A DNA stretch of 10,590 bases from Hormoscilla sp. Its GTDB lineage: Bacteria > Cyanobacteriota > Cyanobacteriia > Cyanobacteriales > Desertifilaceae. Of the stretch, positions 1 to 7,621 are shown piece by piece. The stretch covers positions 1 through 10,590 of the forward strand of contig JBFRWI010000159.1 in NCBI GenBank assembly GCA_051439505.1. Reading direction: 5' to 3'. Each line of letters opens with the position of its first letter. Within the stretch, counting starts at the first letter, position 1. The notes under the pieces were generated by a model. It worked only from the letters and a program-made list of their open reading frames with translations. It was not told the origin of the DNA and ran no database searches. Made by a program: the position numbers and the translations under genes.

Positions 1-125
1 AGCCTTAAGCTCTGTCGTCTGGCTTTAAGGAACGGAACGAATGGATTTAAGTAGGACCGCGTGAGTCAGATGTAAAAAGCCCCTTTAACTTGACCGAGGC
101 AAACTTTACCCCTTTTTAGGGAGAG
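1..125 (+). ncRNA. 3' portion of a HEARO / IscB-type omega-RNA-like structured RNA (5' part lies outside the window)
   Basis: The motif order matches my recollection of HEARO RNAs: AAGCTCTGTCG (7-17), TTAA, AAAAAGC...TAAC, TTGACCGAGGCAAACTTTACC (90-110), then a small hairpin CCCT-TTTT-AGGG (110-121). CGTCTGGCTT (16-25) can pair with GAGTCAGATG (63-72) as a 10-bp stem with three G-U pairs. Confidence 0.7.
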
Positions 126-150
126 CCCGTTTGGCAGCAAAATAGTCACT

Positions 151-174
151 GGCCACGCTGCCGGTGGCTTTTTT
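151..174 (+). terminator. Terminator-like hairpin just downstream of the HEARO-like RNA
   Basis: GGCCAC-GCTGCCG-GTGGCT stem-loop with a T6 run at 169-174. Confidence 0.5.
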
Positions 175-236
175 GCGTCGCGTCAACCGCCGACTAGGAG
201 CGGGATTTTCCGGAAATTACCAGTTTTTTAGTATGC

Positions 237-524
237 TGTGCGGATTTCTTTAAGTACCGTGGTTCTGGAGAAATTCAGCCAACGGACGATCCGGACAAGC
301 AAGCTGCTGGTCAGGAAACGATCGAACGTCTGGGACTTAATATCAATAAGCTGCGAAAAATGCGCCGGAAAGCAATTGATAAGATATTGATAGGTATAGA
401 AGATTTAACGAAAGAGGAAATCCAACAACTGGCTGTTGGGTACGATCGACCGGATGCAGAGGGTAAATATACGGCGTTTTGTGGGACAATAGTATACATC
501 CTCAAGCATTACTTTGTTACCTAG
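237..524 (+). pseudogene. C-terminal fragment of a TIGR02646-like (retron-associated/PtuB-type) HNH endonuclease
   Basis: Hand translation gives CADFFKYRGSGEIQPTDDPDKQAAGQETIERLGLNINKLRKMRRKAIDKILIGIEDLTKEEIQQLAVGYDRPDAEGKYTAFCGTIVYILKHYFVT*. This carries the family-typical F.Y..sGeI / TI..LgLN...L...R..aI / PFC-like tail. The frame is closed upstream by TAG at 195-197, with no usable start before the conserved part. Confidence 0.7.
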
Positions 525-541
525 GGCCGCCGCCGTTCAGT

Positions 542-589
542 GAGTCAATTAATCTGACTCGCAAGCTTGACCGCCGAATCGATTATAAT
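542..589 (+). promoter_or_regulatory. Candidate promoter for the rubredoxin-flavoprotein pair
   Basis: Perfect TATAAT at 584-589 and an inverted repeat GAGTCA-N7-TGACTC at 542-560. There is no correctly spaced -35. Confidence 0.4.
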
Positions 590-639
590 TCAGGTGCCAC
601 TTGCTGGTAAGATCCAGGCAAGATGAGGAGGACACCAAC

Positions 640-801
640 ATGAAAAAGTATGTATGCACCGTCTGCGGTTATGTCTATGACCCGGAAGAGGGCGATCCAG
701 ATGGCGGCATAGATCCAGGAACGGCCTTTGAAGATATCCCCGATGACTGGGTATGTCCGGTCTGCGGGGTGGGAAAAGAAGATTTTGAACTGGAAGATTA
801 A
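640..801 (+). CDS. Rubredoxin (soluble, 53 aa)
   Basis: [20 protein letters not shown]...[10 protein letters not shown] has two CxxCG motifs. A strong Shine-Dalgarno GAGGAGG (625-631) precedes ATG 640, which is preferred over TTG 601. Confidence 0.97.
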   Translation: MKKYVCTVCGYVYDPEEGDPDGGIDPGTAFEDIPDDWVCPVCGVGKEDFELED

Positions 802-807
802 CGAGAG

Positions 808-2025
808 ATGAGTTCGCAGCGAGTTGTGGTAGTTGGTGGTGGGGCGGCGGGCGTCTTTGGGGCGATCGCCTGCGCGACTTGCCACGAACACACCCAAGTT
901 ACGTTACTGGAAGCGGGAGTCGAACTGCTATCCAAGGTCCGCATCTCTGGAGGCGGACGCTGTAACGTGACCCATGCTTATTTCGACCCCGCAACGCTGG
1001 TGCAAAATTACCCTAGAGGTGGGAAAGCGTTGCGGGGCCCTTTCACCCGCTTTCAACCCCGGGATACCGTTAACTGGTTCGCCTCCCACGGAGTGGAACT
1101 GAAAACTGAGGCGGACGGACGGATGTTTCCCGTTACAGATGATTCCCAAACTATTGTAGATTGTCTCCTGGAAGGGGCGATCGCCGCTGGGGTGAATATG
1201 CGCACTGGTGCAACCGTAGTTTCCCTCTCGCGGCAACCGGATGGGTTTGTAGTCGGGTTGAAGTCCGGAAAAAGGTTAAAGGCCGATCGCGTCCTTTTGG
1301 CCACAGGCAGCAACCGACGGGGTTATCAACTAGCAGCAGCTAACGGCCATCAGATTATCCCACCGGTTCCTTCCCTGTTTACCTTTAAGATTTCCGATCC
1401 ACGGATCGCAGGTTTAGCAGGGGTTTCCGTGGACAATGTGCGAGTCCAATTGCCCATAGCCAAGTTAGCACAAACGGGACCATTGTTAATTACCCATTGG
1501 GGGTTGAGTGGTCCGGCGATCTTGAAACTTTCTGCTTGGGGGGCTCCGGTTTTGCATGAATGCCGTTATCAGACATCATTAATAGTAAATTGGTTGCCCC
1601 AGTACCAGCAAGAACAATTGCGGAAAATGCTGTTGCAGGTCAAGTCCCAACTGCCTAAACGGGCGATCGCATCCAACTGTCCGGTTCCCCTGCCCCGCCG
1701 TCTTTGGCAGCAGTTACTGTATAATATCGGGATTGGGACTGGGGATAGATGGGCGGGGTTATCTAATAAATTATTGCACTCTTTAGTGCTAGAACTGAAC
1801 CAAGGAACTTATCAAATTACAGGTAAAGGGGCCTTTAAGGAAGAGTTCGTCACTTGTGGTGGGGTGAGTTTGCAGGAAGTGAATTTTCAAACAATGGAGA
1901 GTCGCTGTTGTCGGGGTTTATATTTGGCCGGAGAACTGCTGGATATTGATGGCGTTACTGGCGGGTTCAATTTCCAGAGTGCCTGGACTACTGGTTGGTT
2001 GGCAGGTCAGGCAATGGGAATGTAA
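808..2025 (+). CDS. NAD(P)/FAD-dependent oxidoreductase, HI0933/BaiN (YhiN) family
   Basis: GGGAAG Rossmann motif, SGGGRCNVT, ATG motif, THWGLSGP and C-terminal GELLDIDGVTGGFNFQSAW; 405 aa. Confidence 0.93.
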   Translation: MSSQRVVVVGGGAAGVFGAIACATCHEHTQVTLLEAGVELLSKVRISGGGRCNVTHAYFDPATLVQNYPRGGKALRGPFTRFQPRDTVNWFASHGVELKTEADGRMFPVTDDSQTIVDCLLEGAIAAGVNMRTGATVVSLSRQPDGFVVGLKSGKRLKADRVLLATGSNRRGYQLAAANGHQIIPPVPSLFTFKISDPRIAGLAGVSVDNVRVQLPIAKLAQTGPLLITHWGLSGPAILKLSAWGAPVLHECRYQTSLIVNWLPQYQQEQLRKMLLQVKSQLPKRAIASNCPVPLPRRLWQQLLYNIGIGTGDRWAGLSNKLLHSLVLELNQGTYQITGKGAFKEEFVTCGGVSLQEVNFQTMESRCCRGLYLAGELLDIDGVTGGFNFQSAWTTGWLAGQAMGM

Positions 2026-2027
2026 AC

Positions 2028-2060
2028 AATTCAAAATTAAAAATTCAGAATTAAAAATTT
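2028..2060. repeat. Short tandem heptamer repeat (STRR-like), about 4.5 copies
   Basis: AATTCAA AATTAAA AATTCAG AATTAAA AATTT. Confidence 0.6.
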
Positions 2061-2095
2061 CCGAAAAAATTTGAACTATATCTGGAAGTTATTTT

Positions 2096-2320
2096 ATGTC
2101 TTACAGTCAGTTCAAAACCATTAGCAGCGCCAAAATAGCTTTCAACCTGACCGTGGTTGAGGGCGATCGCTTTTTGCCGGAGATAGAGGCGATCGCACCT
2201 TCGGCCATCCTCTCAGGTTATTTGCAAGAAAGCTTGCCAATAGTGGGAACATCGGGAAGTGAGAAGGCCCGATCGGATCGAATATTGGGCTATCTAGTGT
2301 GGATGGCCGGAGAAAAATGA
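2096..2320 (+). pseudogene. Internally deleted member of a common cyanobacterial hypothetical (nuclease-like) family, MxYSxF...SEKARSE type
   Basis: The N-terminus MSYSQF...LQESLP...SEKARS is joined directly to a C-terminal-type DRILGYLVWM. As I recall, full-length homologues are about 200 aa; this one is 74 aa. Confidence 0.65.
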
Positions 2321-2376
2321 TTTGGGGTAGATGCACGGGCGAGGGTCTCCTTGCTGCTTGATAGCTACTAATCTTC

Positions 2377-2407
2377 AAAAAAAAGAAGCCTGGCCCACCA
2401 GACTTCT
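2377..2407 (-). terminator. Rho-independent terminator of the sigma factor gene
   Basis: Minus strand reads AGAAGTCTGG-TGGG-CCAGGCTTCT followed by a T7 run, about 65 nt after the stop codon. Confidence 0.8.
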
Positions 2408-2471
2408 CTGATTACATCCACCTGCGAAGTAATTTTCTATGCGCGATTTTTCGCGTAGCGTTCGGAGGCAA

Positions 2472-3428
2472 TTAGCTAGCGAGAAATTCCCGGACATTCG
2501 CCCGACGCTTGCGCAACTTGGTCAAAGCTTCCCTTTCTAGCTGCCGTACCCGTTCCCGACTGATCTTCAAATGATCGCCGATTTTGGTCAGGGTCATCGG
2601 TTTGCCATAATCTAAACCAAACCTGAGAGACAATACCTGTCTCTGCTGCATAGTCAGATCGGCCATCATATTCTCTAACTCGGACTTGAGTGCCGCATAC
2701 ATGGTGAAATCCTCCGGAGTTGGCCCCGTATCCTCCAACAGTTCTCCCAGTTCTGTATCCTGGTTATCTCCCACCCGCAGATCCAATGATAGCGGTAAGC
2801 GCGATCGCTCCAAATGTTCCCGCACCTGCTTGGGAGTCAAGTCCAACTCCGCTGCTAACTCGTTAATTGAGGCCGGGCGTCCCAACTGTTGAGACAAACT
2901 GCGCTGAGCCTTCTTGATTTTATTCAACTTTTCCGTTATATGTATCGGCAGGCGAATGGTCCGACTCTTTTCCGCGATCGCCCGGGTAATGGCCTGACGA
3001 ATCCACCAGTAAGCATAGGTCGAAAACCGATAACCTTTAGTCGGGTCAAACTTTTCTACCCCCCGCTGCATCCCGATCGTCCCTTCCTGGATTAAATCGA
3101 GCAAATCTACATTCCGCTTGATATACTTCTTGGCGATGGACACCACCAAGCGCAAATTCGCCTCCACCATTTTGCGCTTCGCCCTTTCCCCCTGAGCGAT
3201 CGCTCTTTGCAACTGGTCAGTTGACAACTCCACCGCTGAGGCCCATTCCGCTAAGGTCGGGGTGCGGTCTAACGAATGGGCCAGATTTGCTTTCACCTCC
3301 TCCAACCCTGTCAGGCGCTGCACCTGCTTTCCATAGGTAATTTCTTCCTCATGGGTCAACAGGGGCACTCGACCAATTTCTCGTAAATATGTCCGTACTG
3401 AATCTGTCGTATGTTGAGTTTTCTTCAT
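2472..3428 (-). CDS. sigD: Group 2 RNA polymerase sigma factor (RpoD/SigA family), SigD type
   Basis: Region 1.2 [21 protein letters not shown], region 2 [13 protein letters not shown]...DLIQEG...[24 protein letters not shown], region 4 SRERVRQLE. It lacks region 1.1. The short N-terminus and the [11 protein letters not shown] segment resemble cyanobacterial SigD. Confidence 0.88.
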   Translation of the reverse strand: MKKTQHTTDSVRTYLREIGRVPLLTHEEEITYGKQVQRLTGLEEVKANLAHSLDRTPTLAEWASAVELSTDQLQRAIAQGERAKRKMVEANLRLVVSIAKKYIKRNVDLLDLIQEGTIGMQRGVEKFDPTKGYRFSTYAYWWIRQAITRAIAEKSRTIRLPIHITEKLNKIKKAQRSLSQQLGRPASINELAAELDLTPKQVREHLERSRLPLSLDLRVGDNQDTELGELLEDTGPTPEDFTMYAALKSELENMMADLTMQQRQVLSLRFGLDYGKPMTLTKIGDHLKISRERVRQLEREALTKLRKRRANVREFLAS

Positions 3429-3726
3429 AGTGCTGAACTATCACCGTGTTATTTTCCGTTGCATCTCAAGGGGATGAGCGTCCCGGGAGTCACTGGTCAA
3501 TCCGTACCCGACATACATCCCATGGTTGTGCAACACCATTTTCGTGCGTAGTGCGATCCTCACCGATGGACATCAAGGGACGAGGAAACACCGAATTGGG
3601 TTTTTACTGGCGCCGGGATGACTGCGAGGGTACCATCTTGCTTTTGACCGTCTTGAGAGCCAGAAAAAGTAATAAAAGAGTGCTTATTAACAAAATCGCG
3701 TCGGTTGTCATAGCGCTTTTTGCCTC

Positions 3727-3774
3727 ATAACTATTATTTAACTAATCTTAACATTTCTTAGTAAAGCTTGTCTA
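3727..3774 (-). promoter_or_regulatory. Candidate sigD promoter with phased HLR1-like direct repeats
   Basis: Minus strand has TAGACA (3774-3769), 18 nt, then TAAGAT (3750-3745) with an extended TGn. It overlaps GTTAAGAT-TA-GTTAAATA repeats with a 10-bp period. Confidence 0.5.
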
Positions 3775-3829
3775 GTACCCTGAAAAAAAATTAGTTTTGC
3801 TTCCCGACAGGCCGGTGAAACTGGCACTC

Positions 3830-3860
3830 GATCGCCCTTCGACGCAGCTCAGGGACCGCC
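3830..3860. repeat. Small dispersed repeat (CCCTTCGAC...GCTCAGGG type) next to a HIP1-like site
   Basis: CCCTTCGACGCAGCTCAGGG (3835-3854) is flanked by imperfect direct repeats GATCGCC (3830-3836) and GACCGCC (3854-3860). Confidence 0.55.
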
Positions 3861-3971
3861 GCGAGACCATATTAGAGGGGTCCAGCGGCATCTCTAACAG
3901 AGGTATCCCTCCCCAATGCCATCAGTCATGACAATAATTTAAGCTTTCTTAATGACTTGTTACCAAACCCG

Positions 3972-3996
3972 ATTCCCAGGCACTGGACCTGGGAAT
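3972..3996 (-). terminator. Stem-loop 20 nt downstream of carB (terminator or 3' stabiliser)
   Basis: Perfect 9-bp inverted repeat ATTCCCAGG-N7-CCTGGGAAT; only a weak U-tract follows. Confidence 0.5.
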
Positions 3997-4016
3997 GTTG
4001 GCTATTTACACGCCCT

Positions 4017-7000
4017 CTATGTGATATAATCCTGTATCGCTTTCACCTGTAGAGAGTGGGATTTTAAGGAGCGGATCGCATCCACTGTTGCTTTAGCGCC
4101 GGCGACAGTGGTGATGATCGGCAGTTTGTAAGTCAGGGCAGAGCGGCGGATCAGGCGTCCATCGGTCTGGGCTTCTTCACTAGAAGAGGGAGTGTTGACC
4201 AGCAGTTGAATGTTCTCATTTTTGATCTCATCCAGCACATGGGGACGCCCTTCGTGCAGTTTGTACACGAGCTTGACATTTTCGACACCTTGCTCGATCA
4301 AGGCGCGGCGGGTGCCCTCCGTAGCAACCACGGCAAAACCTAATTCCATCAGGTCGCGCACTACCGGTACTACCGCTTCTTTATCCCGATCGCTGATCGA
4401 CACGAACACGGTACCGCTCAGGGGCAGATGTACTCCTGCGGCGATTTCGGCCTTGGCAAACCCCTTGCCAAAATCGGCGTCAATGCCCATCACTTCCCCT
4501 GTAGACCGCATTTCTGGCCCCAGTAGAGTGTCGCTGCCGGGGAATTTCTCAAAGGGTAGCACTGCTTCCTTGACAGAAATGTGTTTCGGGATCCGTTCGG
4601 CGGTAAAACCGAGAGATTCTAAGGTTTCTCCTGCCATGACCCGAGATGCTAGCTTGGCCAAGGGTACCCCGATCGCTTTGGAGACAAAGGGCACTGTCCG
4701 CGACGCCCGGGGGTTAGCTTCCAGAATATAGACCTGTTCTCCCTGCACTGCAAACTGGATATTCATTAACCCAATTACGTTCAGCGCCTTCGCTAGCTTT
4801 ACCGTCCAGGAGCGAATCTGGTCTAAAATCTTTGCTGAAAGGGTGATGGCGGGAATAGAACAAGCTGAGTCCCCCGAGTGAACTCCCGCTTCTTCGATAT
4901 GTTCCATGATGCCGCCGATGACTACCCGCCCGGTGCTATCCGCGATCGCATCCACATCTACCTCGATCGCCCGTTCCAGGAACTGATCGATTAAGATGGG
5001 ATGTTCGGGTTCCACCTGCACGGCAAACTTCATGTAGCGTTCCAACTCAGCATCAGAATAGACGATCTCCATCGCCCGTCCTCCTAACACGTAGGAAGGA
5101 CGCACTACTACCGGGTAACCAATCCGCTGGGCCACCATCAAGGCATCATGATAACTGCGGGCAATGCCATTAGCGGGCTGTTGGATCTCCAGTTCCTTGA
5201 GAATCTTTTCAAACCTTTCCCTGTCCTCCGCCGTATCGATCGCATCTGGGGATGTTCCCCAAATCTTGGTAGGACCGTCACTTTTGGAGAGATATTCCTG
5301 TAAGGGAACGGCAAGTTTCAGAGGCGTTTGACCGCCAAATTGGATGATAATTCCTTCTGGGTTTTCCGCCTCAATGATGTTGATCACGTCCTCTTTGGTC
5401 AGGGGTTCAAAATATAGCCGATCGCTGGTATCGTAGTCGGTGGAGACCGTTTCCGGGTTAGAATTAACCATAATTGTCTCAAAACCCCCGTCTCGGAGGG
5501 CGTAGGAAGCATGACAGCAGCAATAGTCAAACTCAATCCCTTGACCGATGCGATTGGGGCCGCCACCGAGAATCATTACTTTGCGTCGGTCCGAGGGCAT
5601 TACCTCAGATTCTGACTCGTAGGTAGAGTAGTGATAGGGGGTAAAGGCTTCAAACTCTGAGGCGCAGGTGTCTACTGTCTTGTAGACTGGTACTATTCCC
5701 AACTGTTTCCGGTAAGTGCGGACTTCATCTTCCGTGGTTTTGGTGGCATAGGCAATCTGCCGATCGCTAAATCCGAGCTGCTTCACCTCCCATAACTGTT
5801 CTTTGGTAAGCTCGTTCAGAGGAGTCCGCTTCATAAACTTCTCTGTCTCCAATAAGGATTGCATCTTGTCCAGAAACCAGTAGTCAATCCCCGTCAGTTC
5901 GTAGATATCCTCTAGATCCATCCCCATCTGCAAGGCGTGACGAACTGTGAAAATCCGATCGGGATTGGGGGTGCGCAAACCAGCGCGAATCTGCTCTAAA
6001 CTGGGCAGCATCTCTGGGCGATCGCACCCCCAACCTGCACGTCCAGTTTCCAGCGATCGCAGAGCTTTCTGAAAGGACTCGCAAAAGGTCCGGCCAATGG
6101 CCATTGCTTCTCCCACGGACTTCATCTGGGTAGTCAGCACCGGTTCGCTGCCAGCAAACTTCTCAAAGGCAAACCGGGGGATTTTCGTCACTACATAATC
6201 AATAGTTGGTTCAAAGCTAGCAGGGGTCTTCTTGGTAATATCATTCTTGATTTCATCCAGGGTGTAACCTACTGCTAACTTGGCCGCAAACTTGGCGATG
6301 GGGAAACCCGTGGCCTTGGAGGCCAGGGCCGAAGAACGAGACACCCGGGGATTCATTTCAATCACGATGACATCCCCATTCACCGGGTTAACCGCAAACT
6401 GAATATTGGAACCCCCCGTTTCCACACCAATCTCGCGGATAATCTGAATCGAAGCATCCCGCAGTCGCTGATATTCCTTATCTGTCAGGGTTTGGGCCGG
6501 TGCCACCGTAATCGAGTCACCGGTGTGGACCCCCATCGGGTCAACATTCTCGATGGAGCAGATAATCACCACATTATCTGCCAAGTCCCGCATCACTTCC
6601 AACTCAAACTCTTTCCACCCGATCAGAGACTGTTCGATCAGCACCTGGGACACCGGCGAAGCATCCAGGGCATTTTGCACCATTTCTTCAAACTCTTCCT
6701 GGTTGTAGGAAATGCCACCACCGGTGCCCCCGAGGGTAAATGCCGGTCGCAGAATCAGGGGATAGACGCCAATTTTCCGGGCAACTTCTTTTGCTTCCGC
6801 GAGGTTATTGGCAATGCCCGAAGGACAGACTGACACGCCGATGCGTTCCATGGCCTGCTTGAACAGCAGCCGGTCCTCTGCCTTCTCGATCGCCTCCAGC
6901 TTCGCCCCAATTAACTCGACTCCATACTTTTCCAGGACGCCATTTTTGGATAGGGCCACTGCCAAGTTGAGGGCTGTTTGACCGCCCATCGTCGGCAGCA

Positions 7001-7256
7001 AAGCGTCCGGGCGTTCCTTGACGATTACCTTTTCCACTATTTCCGGCGTCAGGGGTTCGATGTAAGTCCGTTCCGCCGTTTCCGGGTCCGTCATGATGGT
7101 GGCCGGGTTGGAGTTCACCAATACCACCTCGTAGCCTTCACTCCGGAGGGCTTTGCAGGCTTGAGAGCCACTATAATCAAACTCGCAGGCTTGACCGATC
7201 ACAATTGGACCCGCGCCCAACAGGAGAATTTTGTGTATATCGCTACGTTTCGGCAT
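4017..7256 (-). CDS. carB: Carbamoyl-phosphate synthase large subunit
   Basis: [30 protein letters not shown] start, duplicated ATP-grasp halves ([36 protein letters not shown]) and a C-terminal MGS domain; 1079 aa. Confidence 0.99.
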   Translation of the reverse strand: MPKRSDIHKILLLGAGPIVIGQACEFDYSGSQACKALRSEGYEVVLVNSNPATIMTDPETAERTYIEPLTPEIVEKVIVKERPDALLPTMGGQTALNLAVALSKNGVLEKYGVELIGAKLEAIEKAEDRLLFKQAMERIGVSVCPSGIANNLAEAKEVARKIGVYPLILRPAFTLGGTGGGISYNQEEFEEMVQNALDASPVSQVLIEQSLIGWKEFELEVMRDLADNVVIICSIENVDPMGVHTGDSITVAPAQTLTDKEYQRLRDASIQIIREIGVETGGSNIQFAVNPVNGDVIVIEMNPRVSRSSALASKATGFPIAKFAAKLAVGYTLDEIKNDITKKTPASFEPTIDYVVTKIPRFAFEKFAGSEPVLTTQMKSVGEAMAIGRTFCESFQKALRSLETGRAGWGCDRPEMLPSLEQIRAGLRTPNPDRIFTVRHALQMGMDLEDIYELTGIDYWFLDKMQSLLETEKFMKRTPLNELTKEQLWEVKQLGFSDRQIAYATKTTEDEVRTYRKQLGIVPVYKTVDTCASEFEAFTPYHYSTYESESEVMPSDRRKVMILGGGPNRIGQGIEFDYCCCHASYALRDGGFETIMVNSNPETVSTDYDTSDRLYFEPLTKEDVINIIEAENPEGIIIQFGGQTPLKLAVPLQEYLSKSDGPTKIWGTSPDAIDTAEDRERFEKILKELEIQQPANGIARSYHDALMVAQRIGYPVVVRPSYVLGGRAMEIVYSDAELERYMKFAVQVEPEHPILIDQFLERAIEVDVDAIADSTGRVVIGGIMEHIEEAGVHSGDSACSIPAITLSAKILDQIRSWTVKLAKALNVIGLMNIQFAVQGEQVYILEANPRASRTVPFVSKAIGVPLAKLASRVMAGETLESLGFTAERIPKHISVKEAVLPFEKFPGSDTLLGPEMRSTGEVMGIDADFGKGFAKAEIAAGVHLPLSGTVFVSISDRDKEAVVPVVRDLMELGFAVVATEGTRRALIEQGVENVKLVYKLHEGRPHVLDEIKNENIQLLVNTPSSSEEAQTDGRLIRRSALTYKLPIITTVAGAKATVDAIRSLKSHSLQVKAIQDYIT

Positions 7257-7370
7257 AGTTGTATGATTGTTGTGCTCCGATTAAACCCAGACTATTTTAA
7301 GGGGTTTCACTTCCATGCGATCGGTTCGGTAGTAACTGAGATCTTGCATTATTCTCGATTGGCTTCATGG

Positions 7371-7425
7371 CCCGCCGTGGGTTTAAACCCACGGCTAATA
7401 GCTCAAGTGGGTTAAAACCCACTGA
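7371..7425. repeat. Cyanobacterial REP-like double-palindrome element
   Basis: Perfect 22-bp palindrome GCCGTGGGTTTAAACCCACGGC (7374-7395), linker TAATAGCTCA, then a second palindrome AGTGGGTT-AA-AACCCACT (7406-7423). Confidence 0.75.
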
Positions 7426-7621
7426 AAGCCTTATCGAGAAAGGATTTAGTCTATTTTGGTATCCTGGCAATTTTAGCCTCTCTTTTTGATCGGAGGCTGC
7501 TTGTTGCGACAGGTGCAAGATATGAGTAGTAACCATTATGAGGACGGGGCAATGCTGACATTTCGCACCGGTTGCGATGACGCGGTGCGATCGCGAACTC
7601 GAAACTCACGCCCTGTAGGGC

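Noticed and set aside
311..505. Minus-strand 64-aa ORF
   Set aside because: It is antisense to the HNH-like fragment on the plus strand and has no recognisable motif.
1..524. Reading the structured RNA plus HNH fragment as an intact retron (msr-msd plus effector)
   Set aside because: No reverse transcriptase is in the window, the RNA motifs fit HEARO better, and the HNH gene lacks its N-terminal half.
567..589. TTGACC...TATAAT as a canonical sigma70 promoter
   Set aside because: The spacer is only 11 nt, so only the -10 is credible.
601..639. N-terminal extension of rubredoxin from TTG 601
   Set aside because: A strong SD precedes ATG 640, and MKKYVC is the canonical start.
3446..3730. 94-aa plus-strand ORF upstream of sigD
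   Set aside because: It has a GTG start, no SD and no recognisable composition, and it lies antisense to the probable sigD leader.
4017..7256. carB without adjacent carA
   Set aside because: Unlinked carA and carB is ordinary in cyanobacteria.
583..7415. Short ORFs overlapping the flavoprotein, sigD and carB genes (e.g. 928-1236, 2686-2892, 4210-4731, 6492-6833, 6978-7415)
   Set aside because: These are shadow frames of well-supported genes with no independent motifs.
7563..7590. Hairpin TCGCACCG-N12-CGGTGCGA after the MORN stop
   Set aside because: There is no U-tract on the minus strand and it overlaps a HIP1 site, so it cannot be called a terminator.
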